DNA from: Verrucomicrobiota bacterium
GTDB lineage: Bacteria; Verrucomicrobiota; Verrucomicrobiia; Verrucomicrobiales; Akkermansiaceae
Length of the DNA stretch: 64,000 bases
Assembly (NCBI GenBank): GCA_017301995.1
Contig: JAFLEH010000005.1
Span: 47,181-111,180, forward strand
Direction: 5' to 3'
Part shown: piece after piece, positions 45,018-53,556 of the stretch
Position numbering within the stretch: position 1 is the first letter of the stretch
Layout: each line of letters opens with the position of its first letter
Notes under the pieces: generated by a model
The model's database searches: none
Told to the model about the DNA's origin: nothing
Seen by the model: the letters and a program-made list of their open reading frames with translations, nothing else
Made by a program: the position numbers and the translations under genes

Positions 45018-45052
45018 CATTACTGATCTGCCATGTCGATCAGTTGTGTCCA
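45018..45052 (-). promoter_or_regulatory. conserved module TGGACA-N17-AGATCA-N6-ATG (copy B)
   Basis: Plus-strand TGTCCA at 45047-45052 and TGATCT at 45024-45029, with an A-rich tract upstream. Confidence 0.45.
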
Positions 45053-45199
45053 TGTTTTTCTTCGTTTTTCGTCGTGTTTTTTATCTGTCAAATATGGCAT
45101 GTTAGAACCACCTGGCACGCGTCCTGCGGCACAGAATCCGTGCCAATCCGCCATCATTCAGGCCTCCGAAAAAAAGACATATATTGATGAAGAAAGACA

Positions 45200-45233
45200 T
45201 GGACAGTAGGTGGTGAAATGGCAGATATTACAC
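45200..45233 (+). promoter_or_regulatory. conserved module TGGACA-N17-AGATAT-N5-ATG (copy C, plus strand)
   Basis: TGGACA at 45200-45205, AGATAT at 45223-45228, ATG at 45234; GAAAGAC tract upstream. Confidence 0.45.
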
Positions 45234-46040
45234 ATGACAACGCCAACCATGGACCGCCGCTTCGGAGTCGAAATCGAATTCATCTCCACCATCACCGTCG
45301 ATGCCGCCCTCATGAGTCTCAGGGCCGCCGGGATCCAGGTCGAATACATGGGCTACACCCACCAGACCACGCCGCAGTGGAAGATCGTCACCGACGGCTC
45401 CTGCGGTTACGAACTGGTCAGCCCGGTCCTCGAAGGCGAGGCCGGTCTTGAGGAAGTCCGCATCGCCGCCGCCGCACTGGAAGCCGCCGGGGCACAGGTG
45501 GACAAGCGGTGCGGATTCCATGTCCACTTCGACGCCAGCTCGATGAGGATCAAGGCGGTCAAGAACCTCTTCAAGCTCTGGCTCAAATTCGAGGATGTCC
45601 TCGACACTTTCCAGCCGCAGTCACGCCGGGGCAACGCCAACACCTACTGCCAGTCCAACCTCAAGGACCAATGCCGCGACGCCGCCGGCCACCGCGACGC
45701 CTGCCTGGCGATGTTCGAAGCCATCGACTCTTGCAAGGACATGGACCAGATCCGGGACCTCTATCCATGCCGCTACCGGAAGCTCAACATCCACAGCTTC
45801 TTCCGCCACCGCACACTTGAAGTCCGGCACCACTCCGGCACCACCGATCCCGAGAAGATCACCAACTGGGTGCGGCTGATGGCCCGCCTCTTCGATGCCG
45901 CCGAAGCCGCCGCCACCGTTAGGAACCGCCCGCAGGACACCGGCCTCGGGATGTCCCGCATGAAATGGTTCTGCCAAGCAGTCAACGCCACCGGACTGGT
46001 GAAATTCTACACGGCGCGGGCAAAGAAGCTCGCCGCCTGA
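45234..46040 (+). CDS. amidoligase-family (glutamine-synthetase-like COOH-NH2 ligase) protein
   Basis: FGVEIEF...WKIVTDGSCGYELVSPVL...CGFHVHF...LEVRHHSGT matches the Amidoligase_2 signature. Confidence 0.7.
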   Translation: MTTPTMDRRFGVEIEFISTITVDAALMSLRAAGIQVEYMGYTHQTTPQWKIVTDGSCGYELVSPVLEGEAGLEEVRIAAAALEAAGAQVDKRCGFHVHFDASSMRIKAVKNLFKLWLKFEDVLDTFQPQSRRGNANTYCQSNLKDQCRDAAGHRDACLAMFEAIDSCKDMDQIRDLYPCRYRKLNIHSFFRHRTLEVRHHSGTTDPEKITNWVRLMARLFDAAEAAATVRNRPQDTGLGMSRMKWFCQAVNATGLVKFYTARAKKLAA

Positions 46041-46065
46041 TCCACACTTTCCCTACAACCTCACC

Positions 46066-46305
46066 ATGAACACGACATACCACACCATCGACGGGGCGAC
46101 CTTCACCGCCACCGATCCGACCGACCTGATGACCCAGCTCCGGGCCGACAGCTTCAACCCGGAGAAGGATCTCAAGTCCTACTGCCGCGCCACCGCCCGC
46201 GCCAGCAAGATGCAGAACGGGAAACCGCACCGCCCGTGGCCGCCCGCCGCGCTGGTCGAAGACCTGATCGCCTCCGGACTCGTCACCCCGCAACCCAACT
46301 CCTGA
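46066..46305 (+). CDS. hypothetical protein (79 aa)
   Basis: ORF following the amidoligase gene on the same strand. Confidence 0.4.
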   Translation: MNTTYHTIDGATFTATDPTDLMTQLRADSFNPEKDLKSYCRATARASKMQNGKPHRPWPPAALVEDLIASGLVTPQPNS

Positions 46306-46310
46306 GCGCC

Positions 46311-46589
46311 ATGCCATACCACATGATGAAGCCGCGCTTCCCGCTCGGCCGCACGGTCGCCACCCCCGGCGCCATCGCCCTCGGAATCGACCTGGCCGCC
46401 TACATGCGCCGCCACCACTGCGGCGACTGGGGCGACCTGTGCGCCGAGGACAAGCAGGCGAACGAGGATGCCTTGATCCACGGCGACCGGATTCTGAGCC
46501 ACTACAAGCTCGGCGGCGGCAAGCGACTCTACATCATCACGGAAGCGGACCGGCACTCAACATGCGCCCTTCTGCCTGAGGAGTATTGA
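46311..46589 (+). CDS. conserved plasmid/phage small protein (GDWGD...TEADR motif)
   Basis: RRHHCGDWGDLCAEDKQANE...RILSHY...YIITEADRHSTCALLPEEY pattern. Confidence 0.5.
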   Translation: MPYHMMKPRFPLGRTVATPGAIALGIDLAAYMRRHHCGDWGDLCAEDKQANEDALIHGDRILSHYKLGGGKRLYIITEADRHSTCALLPEEY

Positions 46590-46899
46590 TCAGCGCGACG
46601 ATCCGCTCGATGAAGCCGATCTCCAACTGGGCGGCGGTGAGTCGCAGGACCCGCCAGCCAGCGAGGGCGGCCTCCAGGTATTTCTCAGCGTCCTTGGCGT
46701 AGCCGCCGCCCCGGTTGTGCCGGCCACCTCCGGCGAGGAAAATGCCGCCCTCGATCTCAATCAAGGTGCGGCTGTCCAGGTGCGCGAAATCCGCCCGCCA
46801 CCGACGGGAAGTGTGGAAGCGTACTTCCCGCTCCAGGGGAGGGCCTCCGGCAACGCGCCAGAGGAAGAGAAACCTTGATTCCAAGCGGGATTGAGCCAT
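46537..46899 (-). CDS. Vsr/DUF559-like endonuclease-fold protein
   Basis: ...RADFAHLDSRTLIEIEGG...AEKYLEAALAGWRVLRL resembles the PD-(D/E)XK Vsr-type core. Its 3' end overlaps the convergent gene. Confidence 0.5.
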   Translation of the reverse strand: MAQSRLESRFLFLWRVAGGPPLEREVRFHTSRRWRADFAHLDSRTLIEIEGGIFLAGGGRHNRGGGYAKDAEKYLEAALAGWRVLRLTAAQLEIGFIERIVALINTPQAEGRMLSAGPLP

Positions 46900-46963
46900 G
46901 TTGCCTGGTGCCCGGAGTCAACATCCGGAGGGTCCGTTATGTGGGAAGTGCCATTGGCACATT

Positions 46964-47179
46964 TCACGGGAAATGGACACGGGTGGCGAGGTCCCTGCCG
47001 ACTGTCTCAGGTTCAAATAGATTCCTTGCCTCGCCTGACGGTTTCAATTCGGTTTGAATTCCACCGAGCAGCGCGATGATGTCTGGCGTGACGTCGATGC
47101 TGGTCTGGCCTGGGAGATGGACGGAGAACCTGCCGCTTTCGCTGAGGAGCCGTGCCAGCCGTGATGCGGGGTTGCTCAT
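46964..47179 (-). CDS. hypothetical protein (71 aa)
   Basis: ORF in operon register. Confidence 0.35.
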   Translation of the reverse strand: MSNPASRLARLLSESGRFSVHLPGQTSIDVTPDIIALLGGIQTELKPSGEARNLFEPETVGRDLATRVHFP

Positions 47180-47547
47180 TTGAGATGATCGTGAGTGGTT
47201 GCCCGGGTGGTCTTGCGCTCGTTGAACTTCCGGGCGCGGAACTCGCGCGGGGTGATGAACTTGCGAAGTCGCGGCTTGGGATCGTCGCCATAGCTGTTCC
47301 AGTTGCCCATCTCTGCCAGGTAGATGACCAACATTTCCGAGTTCTTCTTGAAAATGTCAGCGCCAGGCATCTCGACGATCAGTCCGGTTGGGTCGTCTCC
47401 AACGATCTCCATGACCGTATGTTTCTGTTGCTTCCATTCCTCGATCTCGCGCGCTTGGCGCCTGCGGTATGCATTCGCCATCTGACGCCTGTGGTCGCGT
47501 CGTTCAGCCTCTGAATATGCGAACGCCAATGGTGCTATCTGTCTCAT
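47176..47547 (-). CDS. hypothetical protein (123 aa)
   Basis: Start MRQIAPL lies just downstream of the tRNA. The longer ORF extension would read through the tRNA. Confidence 0.45.
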   Translation of the reverse strand: MRQIAPLAFAYSEAERRDHRRQMANAYRRRQAREIEEWKQQKHTVMEIVGDDPTGLIVEMPGADIFKKNSEMLVIYLAEMGNWNSYGDDPKPRLRKFITPREFRARKFNERKTTRATTHDHLK

Positions 47548-47570
47548 GAATTGGGCTGTGGATTGGTGGT

Positions 47571-47642
47571 TGGTTGCGGGGGCGGGACTTGAACCCGCAG
47601 AGGCGAGGGTATGAGACTCGCTTGGAACCATTCCTCCCCGCG
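47571..47642 (-). tRNA. initiator-like tRNA-Met (anticodon CAU), 72 nt including encoded CCA, with a reduced D-arm
   Basis: Minus strand reads CGCGGGG-A-GGAA-TGG-TTCC-AAG-CGAGT-CTCATAC-CCTCG-CCTCT-GCGGG-TTCAAGT-CCCGC-CCCCGCA-A-CCA. Confidence 0.65.
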
Positions 47643-47650
47643 ATTGGGTG

Positions 47651-48256
47651 TTAGAGCGCTTCGTAGATCGCAATGAGCTTGCCGAAGTCCTTCTTGACGT
47701 TCTCGCGCTGCTCCTCGTCCCACTGGTCAACCGGATCGTCGGCGGTGGTCTGCTTCCACCAGCGGAGCAATCGGTTGATGAGCGCGAGATGGGTGATGAC
47801 ACCCTTGTCGGCAGGATCGCCCTGGACTTCTTCCTCGGTGGCCAGGCGGCCGAAGTTGATGGACTTGCGCAAGCGCCGGACGCTGAGCTTGTGCTTGTCC
47901 GCCATGTTCAGCCAATGCTGCTTTTCCTCGTCGGTCTTGAGTTTGGCGACCGTGGCATGAATGTAATAACCGAGATTGTCATTACGTAATGACAATTGGA
48001 TTCGACGGGCGACATAGGCGTAGTTGCGAAGCGTGCCATAATCGATTCCGGTTCTATCCAAGGCATCCTCATACATTTCGCCGTATTGGGCTTCACCGTA
48101 GTTGATCCAGTCGCCGATGATGAAGCCGATAGACTTGCCGATGGGCGCGAGCTTCTGTCCGAGTGCGTCCCATTCCTCAAAGGTCAGCTCTTCGTTGAAT
48201 TGGATGCCGGTGGGCGTGATGGAAAACTTGGGGTCGTGAATAGCGAGGGTGTTCAT
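47651..48256 (-). CDS. hypothetical phage protein (201 aa)
   Basis: IGDWINYGEAQYGEMYE block; lower-GC ORF in operon register. Confidence 0.5.
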   Translation of the reverse strand: MNTLAIHDPKFSITPTGIQFNEELTFEEWDALGQKLAPIGKSIGFIIGDWINYGEAQYGEMYEDALDRTGIDYGTLRNYAYVARRIQLSLRNDNLGYYIHATVAKLKTDEEKQHWLNMADKHKLSVRRLRKSINFGRLATEEEVQGDPADKGVITHLALINRLLRWWKQTTADDPVDQWDEEQRENVKKDFGKLIAIYEAL

Positions 48257-48801
48257 TGATCTTCGGTGCGGTAGCGTTTGATTTGAGAGTTGCGGTAGGT
48301 CCTGCGGGCGGTCTCGCTGCGCATCGCCCTGGACGGGGGCAGCTTCAGCCTTTCGGTGATGTCAACGCAGCGCTTGGAGACGGCGGCGCGGGAGATGCCG
48401 TGGCGCTTGGCGATCTTGGTCATGCTGTCGCCTGCATAGACTCGCAGGCCCAGGGCAATCGCCAGGCAGTCCATGGTTAGGCGGGTGTTGTCCTCGCTGA
48501 GGATGTCCGCCACAAGATGCCGCAGGATCTCGGTGGCGCTTCCCATCGAGTGGGTCTCGGGTTCCTCTTCCTCGTGATCGACCAGGGCCGCGATGTCCGG
48601 TTCGTGACTGGCAAGTGGTGAGTCAGCCATGTCATGTTCCGGCGCGCCGTTGCCGTGGCGTTGCACGCATGGCTTGAGCACACCGAGCTTTTCAGCCTCC
48701 CTGCGCTCTGAGGGAGTCATCGACTTCACCCAGGCTTCGTATTCGCGTTCGTACTGGGCGTCGCGTTGGGACTGCCGTTTGGCATAGTCGTCGGAGTTCA
48801 T
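48253..48801 (-). CDS. sigma-70 region-4-like / HTH regulator
   Basis: YAGDSMTKIAKRHGISRAAVSKRCVDITERL helix-turn-helix at the C-terminus; acidic linker. Confidence 0.5.
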   Translation of the reverse strand: MNSDDYAKRQSQRDAQYEREYEAWVKSMTPSERREAEKLGVLKPCVQRHGNGAPEHDMADSPLASHEPDIAALVDHEEEEPETHSMGSATEILRHLVADILSEDNTRLTMDCLAIALGLRVYAGDSMTKIAKRHGISRAAVSKRCVDITERLKLPPSRAMRSETARRTYRNSQIKRYRTEDQ

Positions 48802-48972
48802 TTTGAACCTCCCTTCCGGCGATGGAGAAATGACTGCGCTGGTGCCCTAAAAGGCGAACCAGAGCGCGCGAAATCAGGTTTACCGATTCGCGCTCTGATT
48901 CTCTTTAGAGAATCTGTCAGGATGCCAGTAAGGTGCCTGACTATAAGAACGCCGGTTCCGTTAGATCGAGCG

Positions 48973-49037
48973 GGTTCAAACCATTTGAACCCTGTTAGGT
49001 GGATCGGTTCAAATCCCCTGGAGAGTGTGGGTTCAAA
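48973..49037. repeat. iteron-like GGTTCAAA octamers (3 direct + 1 inverted)
   Basis: Direct copies at 48973-48980, 49006-49013 and 49030-49037; inverted TTTGAACC at 48984-48991. The last copy overlaps the primase stop codon. Confidence 0.7.
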
Positions 49038-51027
49038 TTGCATGATTGCGCCCCCTCCAAAGGCGGGTTGATCGGTCAAAGACGAGCGGCGACCCCTTCT
49101 TCATGTTCGCCAGACAGTAGAAGATCCGTTGGGCTTCCTTGGTGGAGCAACTGCCGCCGGCCTCGTTCACCCGGTCGCTGATGAACGCCAGGACTTCGGA
49201 ATCCTCCGGCACTCTGCCATTGGGCAGCGGCGGCATGTTCTCAACGAGATGGGCGTATCGGTCCGCCGCGCTGCCCATCTTGTAGGTGGCTTTGGCCTTC
49301 TCCTTCTTTTCGTTGCCTTGGACGGCCTTGAGCTTCGCCGGGTCGGCATCGCGGTCGTTGATGAACACCGAGACGTTCCAGCGCACCACGAATGGCTTGA
49401 CGGGCGGCAGGGCACGCAGGGTGAGGTCGATGACATGGGCGTCCTCATCCTCGTGGGGAGTCATGGTTAGAATGACATCAGGATCGCGGGCGAAGACACC
49501 AGAGCCGCCAATTCGGTCGATGGACTCCTTGCCTGCCTGGTTCCCCTTGGAGAAGTGCGCACCGAAGACCACGGCTGCCCCCGACTTGACGGCGAGCTGC
49601 TCGACCTCGTTCAAGAGACTGGCGATGTCGCCCGCATCGTTTTCGTTTCGGGCACCGAGCCCCTTGTAGATCGGGTCGATCAGGATGAGCGAATAGCCGG
49701 TGTCGCGGATGCGACCGAGGATCTTCGGGATCAGGGCGGAGAAGTCGGTCGCGTGACCGCGGAGGTTCCACAAGTCGAAGCCGGTGAAGTCGTCGATCCC
49801 TTTCGCCGCCGCAATCGAGCTGATGCGGTAGTGGAGCGCGAACGCGGGCAGCTCGAAGTTCAGATAGAGCGATCTGCCGCGCCGGGTCGAGAATCCCCAC
49901 CACGGGGAGCCGGTGGATACCGAGAGCATGAGGTCGATCAACGACCAGCTCTTGCGGGCCTTGGACGGACCGCCCAACACCATCTTCGCGCCCTGGTGCA
50001 GCACGCCATCAATCAACTGCGGCGGCTCGGCCTCGGGCTTCGCCATGAACGAATGGCCGGGGACGATGTTTGGCAGGTCGGAACCGGCATGTGCCGCCTC
50101 CCATGCCGTCCACGACTCGGCACCAAAGCCGGTGGCAAGCAGCGACTGGCGCCGCACCTCGCCATCCACGGTGCGCCAGCCGTCCGGGCAGCGTGACAGG
50201 CGGGAGGGATTCCGGTTCTGGCGGTCGAGGTTGATCCCTGAAAACCACGACCAGATCAATTCGACCCGGCGGTCGTATTCCGCCGCGTCGGGCGCATCGA
50301 CCCGGATCCACGCGTGCAGGCTTTTGTTGCCCGAGTCCATCAGCACGGCCACCGGCATGCCGCTGGCCAGGATGGCGTGGTATTGTTCGGCCTTCGGGAT
50401 CGGATTGCCTTCCTTGTCGCGGTCGAATTCCACGAGCACATGGCGGAACGCGGTGACATCCTCGTTCCTTGCGCCGTCCTTGGTCATCGGATTGATCCGC
50501 AGGAACAGCCCGAGTTTGGTGCCGAACACCCGGTCAATGCCGCCCTTCGCCGCTACCCGGCCTTTCCATTCGGCAACCGTGAGCGTAATGCCCCGCCTGG
50601 GGACGATCTCGCCCTCGTCGTTTTCGGCGGCAGGCGCAATCGCGACAATCTCGCCGTCGCGGAAGCAGGCGTCCAACAACCGGACAAACCCATCATCGAC
50701 CGGCGCGGGCAGGGTGGCCGGCTTGGGTGCGGCTGGCGGCGATGCATGATGATCGGCCTTGGTTCCGGGGCCAACCGGCTCCCGCGCCGAGCGGGCGTAG
50801 GCCGAGCGGATCGTCGTGCGTGCCTCGGACTCGGTCAGGCCATCCGCCAGGGCGCGGGCGAGCAATTGCGCTTCGGTGTCCTCAAACGAATGGCCGGCAT
50901 CGCGGAACTGGCAAGTGGCATCAAAGAGTTCGGCGTTGCGCATGCCCTCGCTCGCGCCCCGCTGGAGGTATTCCAGCGTGCGGCGCGGCAGGGCCATGGA
51001 AAGGCCGGGCGAACGATAGCGGGCCAT
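49033..51027 (-). CDS. prim-pol (AEP) primase fused to RepA/AAA_25-like helicase
   Basis: FRHVLVEFDRD and SGNKSLHAWIRV AEP motifs. MVLGGPSKARKSW Walker A; LILIDPIY Walker B. Confidence 0.8.
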   Translation of the reverse strand: MARYRSPGLSMALPRRTLEYLQRGASEGMRNAELFDATCQFRDAGHSFEDTEAQLLARALADGLTESEARTTIRSAYARSAREPVGPGTKADHHASPPAAPKPATLPAPVDDGFVRLLDACFRDGEIVAIAPAAENDEGEIVPRRGITLTVAEWKGRVAAKGGIDRVFGTKLGLFLRINPMTKDGARNEDVTAFRHVLVEFDRDKEGNPIPKAEQYHAILASGMPVAVLMDSGNKSLHAWIRVDAPDAAEYDRRVELIWSWFSGINLDRQNRNPSRLSRCPDGWRTVDGEVRRQSLLATGFGAESWTAWEAAHAGSDLPNIVPGHSFMAKPEAEPPQLIDGVLHQGAKMVLGGPSKARKSWSLIDLMLSVSTGSPWWGFSTRRGRSLYLNFELPAFALHYRISSIAAAKGIDDFTGFDLWNLRGHATDFSALIPKILGRIRDTGYSLILIDPIYKGLGARNENDAGDIASLLNEVEQLAVKSGAAVVFGAHFSKGNQAGKESIDRIGGSGVFARDPDVILTMTPHEDEDAHVIDLTLRALPPVKPFVVRWNVSVFINDRDADPAKLKAVQGNEKKEKAKATYKMGSAADRYAHLVENMPPLPNGRVPEDSEVLAFISDRVNEAGGSCSTKEAQRIFYCLANMKKGSPLVFDRSTRLWRGRNHAI

Positions 51028-51036
51028 GGTATGGGA

Positions 51037-52560
51037 TCAGTTGCGGGTCGAGAAACAGGCATCAAGGAACTCGCCGGCCTCCTCGAAGGTGGCGGTTTCC
51101 GGGTGGGGGTGCCCCCGGCGGCGCAGGACGCGCACCTGCTTGGGCGTTGCAAGCCCTAGCTGGCGGCGGGTGATCAGCCGATCTAGCAGCAGGGACGCAT
51201 GCCCCTTGCTGAGAATGGCGGTGGTATCGAGACCGAACCTGCCGAGCACATCGAGTTGCTTGCTGGTGGGTGCCTGCCCCTGCCACGCCATCGTCGGCAC
51301 GAACTCGGCCAGGGCCGCCTCGTTGAGCGTGACCGCAAGCTCCAGGGGATCGAGCACGCTGCCGCGACGTGTCCGGTTGGCACGCAGCCGTTCGGCAAGC
51401 TTGCGCGTCCGGTCGGCATTGACTGCTTCACGCGCCTCTTCGAGGTCGCCTTCACCGCCGAGCTTTTCGGCAATGGCGCGGGCATCCTCCTCGTCTTCGG
51501 CAATCAGGTGTGCCGGACTGACCAGGCTGTGTTCCACCGACTGCCACAGGAAATCGAGCACCAGCAGGTGATCCTTGCCGGGCCACATGCGGGTGCCGCG
51601 GCCGATGATCTGTGAATACAACGAGCGCACCTTGGTCGGGCGCAGGCACACCACGCAGTCAATCGATGGCTCGTCATAGCCTTCGGTCAGCAGCATCGCG
51701 TTGGTTAGCACCCGCGTTTCGTCGCGGCGGAACCGCTCAAGCGCCGCCTGCCGCTCGCTCGTCTGGCCATCGACATGCTCCGCCAACAACCCGCGCTCAC
51801 GGCAGATGTCGGCAAACAACTGTGAAACCCGGATGAGCGGCAGAAACACGAGCGTCTTGCGGTGCCGGTGTTCGACCAACACGTCGGCGATCTGTTCGAG
51901 ATACGGCTCCAGCGCGTGGCCGAGGTCGTCGGCACTGAAGTCGCCGGCCGATGTGCGGACACCGCGCAGGTCCACCTGCAGCGGCACCGTCTTGACCCGG
52001 ATCGGCGAGAGCCACGCCTGCTTGATCAGGTCCAACAAGGTGATCTCGCACGCGATATTCTCAAAGTACCGGCCGAGATTCTTTTTGTCACCTCTGTCAG
52101 GGGTCGCCGTGACTCCTAACACCTTCGCATGATCGTGGAAGTGCCGCAGCGTGTTGAGGTAGCTGTCGGCGAGCGTATGGTGCGCTTCGTCAACGACCAC
52201 GAGTCCGAAATGGTCCCGCGGCCACCGACTGCGGCGCGGCTCGCGCATGAGCGTCTGCACCGAGGCGACGACCACCGGTGCATCGAGCGACGCCCGGTCT
52301 TCGCCCATCTCGACCTCGGCCTGGATGCCGGTCGAAGTGCGCAGCTTGTCCACCGCCTGGAAGATGAGTTCTTCGCGGTGGGCGAGGATGAGCGTGCGCT
52401 GAGGCTGCAAGTCGCGGGCCAGCGCGCTGAACAGGATCGTTTTGCCCGCACCGGTCGGCAGCACGCCGAGCTGGCGGTCGAACTCCTCAAAGCCCTTGTG
52501 GATGTCCTGCTTGGCCTTCATCTGATAGGCGCGGAGACCCATTTTGGGAGAGTCGCTCAT
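51037..52560 (-). CDS. SF2 DEAD/DEAH-box helicase
   Basis: LPTGAGKT, VVVDEAHH, GVTATP, QIIGRGTR motifs. Confidence 0.85.
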   Translation of the reverse strand: MSDSPKMGLRAYQMKAKQDIHKGFEEFDRQLGVLPTGAGKTILFSALARDLQPQRTLILAHREELIFQAVDKLRTSTGIQAEVEMGEDRASLDAPVVVASVQTLMREPRRSRWPRDHFGLVVVDEAHHTLADSYLNTLRHFHDHAKVLGVTATPDRGDKKNLGRYFENIACEITLLDLIKQAWLSPIRVKTVPLQVDLRGVRTSAGDFSADDLGHALEPYLEQIADVLVEHRHRKTLVFLPLIRVSQLFADICRERGLLAEHVDGQTSERQAALERFRRDETRVLTNAMLLTEGYDEPSIDCVVCLRPTKVRSLYSQIIGRGTRMWPGKDHLLVLDFLWQSVEHSLVSPAHLIAEDEEDARAIAEKLGGEGDLEEAREAVNADRTRKLAERLRANRTRRGSVLDPLELAVTLNEAALAEFVPTMAWQGQAPTSKQLDVLGRFGLDTTAILSKGHASLLLDRLITRRQLGLATPKQVRVLRRRGHPHPETATFEEAGEFLDACFSTRN

Positions 52561-53141
52561 ACGCTCCGCCTTTCTTGTTCAACCAACCCCGCCTTGATGA
52601 GTTCATCGCTGAGGGAAAAGGAGACCGTGTCCTTTGGCACGAACTGGTCGTCGCAGCTCGAAATCTCCAGCATCCTGCCGAAACGGAATCCCTTCCGGAC
52701 GAATTGGCGGATGGCAAACCCGCAAATCTCATGCATGTTGAGGGGAAACGGTGACTCGATTGTCACCTTGCCGCCGTTGGACCTGATCAGGTAGAACCAA
52801 TTCTGAGATGGTTCAGGTTTGGGTGCTCCCGGAATGGGGCCAAACACAGTCTCTTCGATCACCAATACGACATCCCTGGCACTCTGCTTCAAAACCTCCA
52901 ATGCGGCCGACCGGTCGAGTTGTTCCTTGCCAGTCGTCCATGAGAATTTGAGGGTGCTAGGGTCATAGACCGCCTTGGCGAGAAATCCGGCCCGGAAAAG
53001 TGCCTCCTCGGCCGCGTGGAGAGTTTCTATCACCTCCACGATTATCCCGACATCGCTGTCTTTGAAATCCCGGAGGATCGCCCATTCGCCGATACGAACT
53101 GCAAGTTGTTCAAATTTGGTTTCAGAATGGTTCGTTTTCAT
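52557..53141 (-). CDS. hypothetical protein (194 aa), lower GC
   Basis: ORF overlapping the neighbours' stop and start; no motif. Confidence 0.5.
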   Translation of the reverse strand: MKTNHSETKFEQLAVRIGEWAILRDFKDSDVGIIVEVIETLHAAEEALFRAGFLAKAVYDPSTLKFSWTTGKEQLDRSAALEVLKQSARDVVLVIEETVFGPIPGAPKPEPSQNWFYLIRSNGGKVTIESPFPLNMHEICGFAIRQFVRKGFRFGRMLEISSCDDQFVPKDTVSFSLSDELIKAGLVEQERRSV

Positions 53142-53535
53142 TGCGATTGGCGGTTTGGGGTTGGGTGGCGGGCTTCGCGTTACCGGTCAGCCAGGCGGCG
53201 ACCTTGTTGCGCTTCTTGCCGTTGTATTCCTCAAGGGCTAGGCGGGCGGTGCCGGTGCGACCGATCAGATCGTCGGCGACGATTTCCACATCCTGCTCCG
53301 GAGCGACGGTCTCGCCGGTGGCGGCGCGGAACGCGTCGATCTTCCAGAACGCGGACGGAATGAAGACCAGGAAGTCGTAGAGGTAGCTGCCCGCGGATGT
53401 CCTGAGCTTCAGCTCGATCATCTCGTGGTTGCTCTTGCTGAGGGTCTCAATCGCATCGACGATCTCGACCTCGTAATCGCCCGGTTCGACATGGTCGGGG
53501 CGTTCGGTGGGCGTGTTGGCTTGATAGGTAGGCAT
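53122..53535 (-). CDS. DUF669-like protein (phage ssDNA-binding-type)
   Basis: PGDYEVEIVDA...SKSNHEMIELKL...WKIDAF pattern; synteny with the Sak4-like ATPase and Cas4-like nuclease genes. Confidence 0.55.
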   Translation of the reverse strand: MPTYQANTPTERPDHVEPGDYEVEIVDAIETLSKSNHEMIELKLRTSAGSYLYDFLVFIPSAFWKIDAFRAATGETVAPEQDVEIVADDLIGRTGTARLALEEYNGKKRNKVAAWLTGNAKPATQPQTANRNENEPF

Positions 53536-53556
53536 GGTGTTGGATTAGTTGTTGTG

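Noticed and set aside
45113-45127. A sigma54-type promoter, TGGCAC-gcgtc-CTGC, in the divergent region upstream of the amidoligase island.
   Set aside because: It is a single occurrence with CTGC instead of TTGC and overlaps an inverted repeat (GGCAC-agaatcc-GTGCC). No enhancer-binding protein gene is in the window, and the conserved TGGACA-N17-AGATAT module lies closer to the ATG.
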